Below, piece by piece: positions 61,100-64,000 of a stretch of 64,000 nucleotides of DNA. This DNA comes from Deltaproteobacteria bacterium YD0425bin51. Its GTDB lineage: Bacteria; Desulfobacterota; Desulfobacteria; Desulfobacterales; YD0425bin51. The notes below the pieces were generated by a model that saw only the letters and a program-made list of their open reading frames with translations, had not been told where the DNA came from and did not search any database. Made by a program: the position numbers and the translations under genes. Within the stretch, counting starts at the first letter, position 1, and every line of letters begins with the position of its first letter. The stretch is from NCBI GenBank assembly GCA_002753225.1, contig PDZS01000013.1, forward strand, positions 20,167 through 84,166, read 5' to 3'.

Positions 61100-63409
61100 C
61101 TATAAAGTAAAATAAAAAGTTGCACCCTGATTAACAAACCCTTCAGCCCAAATCTGTCCACCATGCCTGTTAATGATGCGTTTAACAATTGTAAGACCAA
61201 TACCTGTTCCAGGGAATTCCTTGGTTTTATGAAGTCTTTGAAATGCTCCAAAAAGCTTTTCAACATAAGCCATGTCAAAACCAGCTCCGTTATCTTTAAC
61301 ATAAAATATCTGTTTATTTGAATTTTCTGGTTTAATATCCTGACTTTCTATTTTCAGTTTCCCAAACTCAATTCGAGTTTGGGTTTTTTTTCCTGTAAAC
61401 TTAAAAGCATTTCCTAAAAGATTGCTTAAAACAATTGAAATCATCCCTTCATCAGCTTTGGCAGTCAAGTTGGGTTCAATGACGAACTCAGCTTCACGAT
61501 TAGGTTCTGATTCATGTATTTTATCAGCATTTATCTGAGCAAGTTTTGAGAGATTAATCAAATTTATATTCATTTCAGCTCTTGTCAAGCGTGATAATTT
61601 CAAAAGATCATCTATCAGTTGTCCCATACGCTGAGTTTCTGATCTGATTCTGTTAAGATATACGTATGCTGTTTCATTAAGTCTGCTGCCATAATCCTCA
61701 ATAAGTGCCATACTCCATCCATCTATTCCTCTCAAAGGTGCGCGAAGATCGTGTGAGACTGAATAAGAAAAGGATTCGAGTTCTTTGTTGGCTAATTCAA
61801 GCTGAGCAGTTCGCTTTTTAACACGATCTTCCAGTTCGGAGTTTAGTCTAATAATTTCCTTTTCTGATTTTTTTCGCTCTGTAATGTCCATAATAATACT
61901 TATAATTAAATCTGGAGCTACCTTTTCACTTGATATGCTTATCTGCAGTTTTTTCCCGCTTAGAATTGAGCTGTATGGTCCTTCATAATTTTGGATTTTG
62001 TAATCAGATATGGCGTTAAGCAAATTTTTCCTTACAGGTCCTTCAGGAATTTTATCAATAAGGTTAAGACCAAAATATTTTTCTCTCTGAACTTCAAATA
62101 TGTCAGAGAAATATTTGTTGCAGTCTATTACTACGCTTTGATTATTCAAAAGAAGGAGACCAATTGGTGCGCGTTCAAATACAAACCGAAATTTCTCCTC
62201 ACTTTTTTTAAGCTCATGCGTTCGAAGAAGAACCTGTTGTTCAAGATCTTTAGTCCAATTTTGAATTTTGTCTACCATGCTGTTGAAGACAGAAGCAAGA
62301 AGTTTTATTTCGTATTGTGTGCTTTCAGAGGCTCTGGCTGTAAGGTTTCCTGATTCTATTTGCCTTGCTACATTGACAAGTTCATGCAAGGGTTTGGATA
62401 TCTTGCGGGCAAGAAAAACACAGGCTACAATACCTATAATTAACAAGGATAACCATATAACAATTTGGCGAATAAGAAAATTTATAGCTGGTTTGAGAGC
62501 CACATTTCTATCCATCTGAATAACAAGAGCCCATGCAATCCCTTGTGATATTTTTAAATGGCGATGGAAAGATAGTACTGATCGACCATGCTGATCTTGT
62601 CCATCATAAGGACCTTCTATACCTGATATTCCAAGTTTAATTGGTGGAGATGAGCTGATGTCAGAAATAACATCATGTTTAAAATTATAATCAGAGCTTT
62701 TCTGGGGAATCTGAATGAGAACAATTCCATGATCGCAGGCTATTATACATTCCCAGTTTAATGAGATAAGTTTTGTGATAGATAATAGTAATGGCTGTAA
62801 GGCTCTGCTGATATCTGTTTCAGCAATGAGAAGAGCTGAAATTTTGTTTGAAATCTCTATTTGTAAAATAATACGGAGCTGAATTTTTTTATCATGAGCT
62901 GTTCTTATATCTATTGTTTCTTGATAACCTGGAATGATAAGCTTTGATAAAAGTTCAGGGCTTATAAATATGTCTGAAGCGCTGCGGGCATTATTAAAGT
63001 TACCTGCTGCAGCTAAGATTGACGAGTCATTGGCATCCACAATTGCTATTGAATCAAACTCTATATTACTCGCTATAAATGTTTCAATTTCAAGGTTTAT
63101 TGACTGGATGAATTGAGGTTCTCTTTTTTCAATTGCTTGGGTAAGGAATGTAGAATGGGATAATGAGTTTAAAATTTTGCGGCGTTCATTAAACCATGAA
63201 GTTATATATTTGCTTAAAAGATCAGAGGATAGTTCCATTTCGTTAAGAACATTGTTTCTATAACGGGAAAAGCTTCCTTTAATTGTTGTTCCAGGTATAC
63301 CAACAATTTCAATTGTAATCATGAAGCTTAGAAAAAGGAAAATGAGAGCGCTAAATCCAATAATAATGCTCTGCTTAAAACTTAAGTTTGTAGTTCTAAT
63401 AATTTTCAT
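61100..63409 (-). CDS. Sensor histidine kinase: periplasmic (Cache-like?) domain - TM - HAMP - PAS - HisKA - HATPase_c
   Basis: Two TM helices bracket a ~270-aa periplasmic region. HAMP-like segment (ISKPLHELVNVARQIESGNL), PAS, H-box SHDLRAPLRGIDGW, DNGAGFD, GTGIGLTIVKRI. The 3' ~730 nt align at nucleotide level with the downstream kinase gene. Confidence 0.8.
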   Translation of the reverse strand: MKIIRTTNLSFKQSIIIGFSALIFLFLSFMITIEIVGIPGTTIKGSFSRYRNNVLNEMELSSDLLSKYITSWFNERRKILNSLSHSTFLTQAIEKREPQFIQSINLEIETFIASNIEFDSIAIVDANDSSILAAAGNFNNARSASDIFISPELLSKLIIPGYQETIDIRTAHDKKIQLRIILQIEISNKISALLIAETDISRALQPLLLSITKLISLNWECIIACDHGIVLIQIPQKSSDYNFKHDVISDISSSPPIKLGISGIEGPYDGQDQHGRSVLSFHRHLKISQGIAWALVIQMDRNVALKPAINFLIRQIVIWLSLLIIGIVACVFLARKISKPLHELVNVARQIESGNLTARASESTQYEIKLLASVFNSMVDKIQNWTKDLEQQVLLRTHELKKSEEKFRFVFERAPIGLLLLNNQSVVIDCNKYFSDIFEVQREKYFGLNLIDKIPEGPVRKNLLNAISDYKIQNYEGPYSSILSGKKLQISISSEKVAPDLIISIIMDITERKKSEKEIIRLNSELEDRVKKRTAQLELANKELESFSYSVSHDLRAPLRGIDGWSMALIEDYGSRLNETAYVYLNRIRSETQRMGQLIDDLLKLSRLTRAEMNINLINLSKLAQINADKIHESEPNREAEFVIEPNLTAKADEGMISIVLSNLLGNAFKFTGKKTQTRIEFGKLKIESQDIKPENSNKQIFYVKDNGAGFDMAYVEKLFGAFQRLHKTKEFPGTGIGLTIVKRIINRHGGQIWAEGFVNQGATFYFTL

Positions 63410-64000
63410 CTTCCCCCATTCTTTGTTTGATAAAGTTTTTCAGAGGAATAGTCAAAAGTATCAATCTGCCAATATTTAGCATCTCTAATGATTGCAGGTA
63501 ACAAAGTAAAATAGACTTTTGAACATATTTTTTTCCAATCAGCACTAGCAGGCAAGGTTCCAATTTTTTTTAAAAATTGGAACTGCTGATACTGTATACC
63601 CTGCTCATTAGTAAAATTGAGTGGAAGCATTGGGAAGGAAGGATTATCTATGGTTTCTTTGCGTAACAAGGAGATCCATTTTTCATTTGCTTCGATTGAA
63701 GACTTGCCTAAGAATATGAGTCCTGCCTTTCGATCCCAAATAAGCGCTGTTTTAATATTTTGTTCATTCAATCTAGCCCATTTAGTTGCACGAAAATGAG
63801 CAGCTAAGATTGCTTTCTGTATATTTGGATTACGAGTAGTGAAATCTAAATCCATTGCAATGTAGGAATAGCCGTCTGATAGAGATAGCACAGAAGTGCC
63901 TGGAATAGTAAGGATAGTTGATGCTGTAGGCTCCCAAGAAATGATGATATCTACTATATTGTTTCGTAAAGCTTGCTCCATTTCATCCGGCTGCATAGGG
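63406..64000 (-). CDS. Solute-binding-protein-like (NMT1/SsuA/TauA-type) protein, C-terminal part (5' end outside window)
   Basis: The frame stays open to the window edge. The sequence (..IIISWEPTASTIL...) loosely resembles ABC nitrate/sulfonate-type periplasmic components. Its stop overlaps the kinase start (ATGA). Weak call. Confidence 0.45.
   Translation of the reverse strand, partial: PMQPDEMEQALRNNIVDIIISWEPTASTILTIPGTSVLSLSDGYSYIAMDLDFTTRNPNIQKAILAAHFRATKWARLNEQNIKTALIWDRKAGLIFLGKSSIEANEKWISLLRKETIDNPSFPMLPLNFTNEQGIQYQQFQFLKKIGTLPASADWKKICSKVYFTLLPAIIRDAKYWQIDTFDYSSEKLYQTKNGGR

Overview
AT-rich chromosomal window, roughly one-third GC by eye. It looks like a deltaproteobacterial sulfate reducer (inference): it has a complete dsrMKJOP operon, the 3' end of a [NiFe] hydrogenase large-subunit gene with its maturation protease, and many multi-domain two-component proteins. 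I saw no rRNA, tRNA or CRISPR array. Layout: (1) 1-7145, hydrogenase large subunit and protease, separated by ~5.8 kb of accessory genes. These are a DUF4384-type lipoprotein, a REP-associated tyrosine transposase (RAYT), a ParE/RelE-type TA pair, a caspase-PEGA-FGE protein, an OmpA-like protein and a PD-(D/E)XK-like protein. Seven copies of a 28-nt perfect palindrome (GTAGAGACGCACGGCCGTGCGTCTCTAC) punctuate this block, and one copy lies inside the RAYT ORF. (2) 7135-12188, sensor-less hybrid kinase with four receivers, a CheY-like regulator, a Uma2 nuclease and a DHp-DHp-REC-HD-GYP protein. (3) 12244-17825, dsrMKJOP with a small upstream gene. (4) 17901-25189, PAS hybrid kinase, DUF2804, PilZ and an Mla/MCE-type ABC operon. 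(5) 25491-30747, DUF2760 plus two translationally coupled atypical Hsp70 homologues. (6) 30961-34027, secreted protein behind a sigma54-like promoter, REC-ATPase, pgi. (7) 34141-50351, the most unusual part. This is a ~16 kb same-strand locus holding an orphan TpsB/Omp85 channel, three small ORFs that share an N-terminal MKVK..KAG motif (one has an MVL-lectin-like domain, one is glutaredoxin-like, one is a 19-codon micro-ORF absent from the ORF track), and two ABC exporter half-systems, one with an intact C39 peptidase. It also holds an SPFH protein, a double substrate-binding lipoprotein, a periplasmic-binding-domain::pentameric ligand-gated ion channel fusion, DUF697, a secretin lipoprotein and a 178-aa mini HlyD-like protein. 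I propose it is an undescribed envelope-spanning peptide/mini-protein export (and possibly sensing) system. (8) 50348-64000, more phosphorelay genes: hybrid kinases, REC-GGDDF, an Hpt coupled to a PpsA-like phosphotransferase, a REC gene remnant and two tandem paralogous sensor kinases. All family assignments come from motif recognition by eye and none from a database search.
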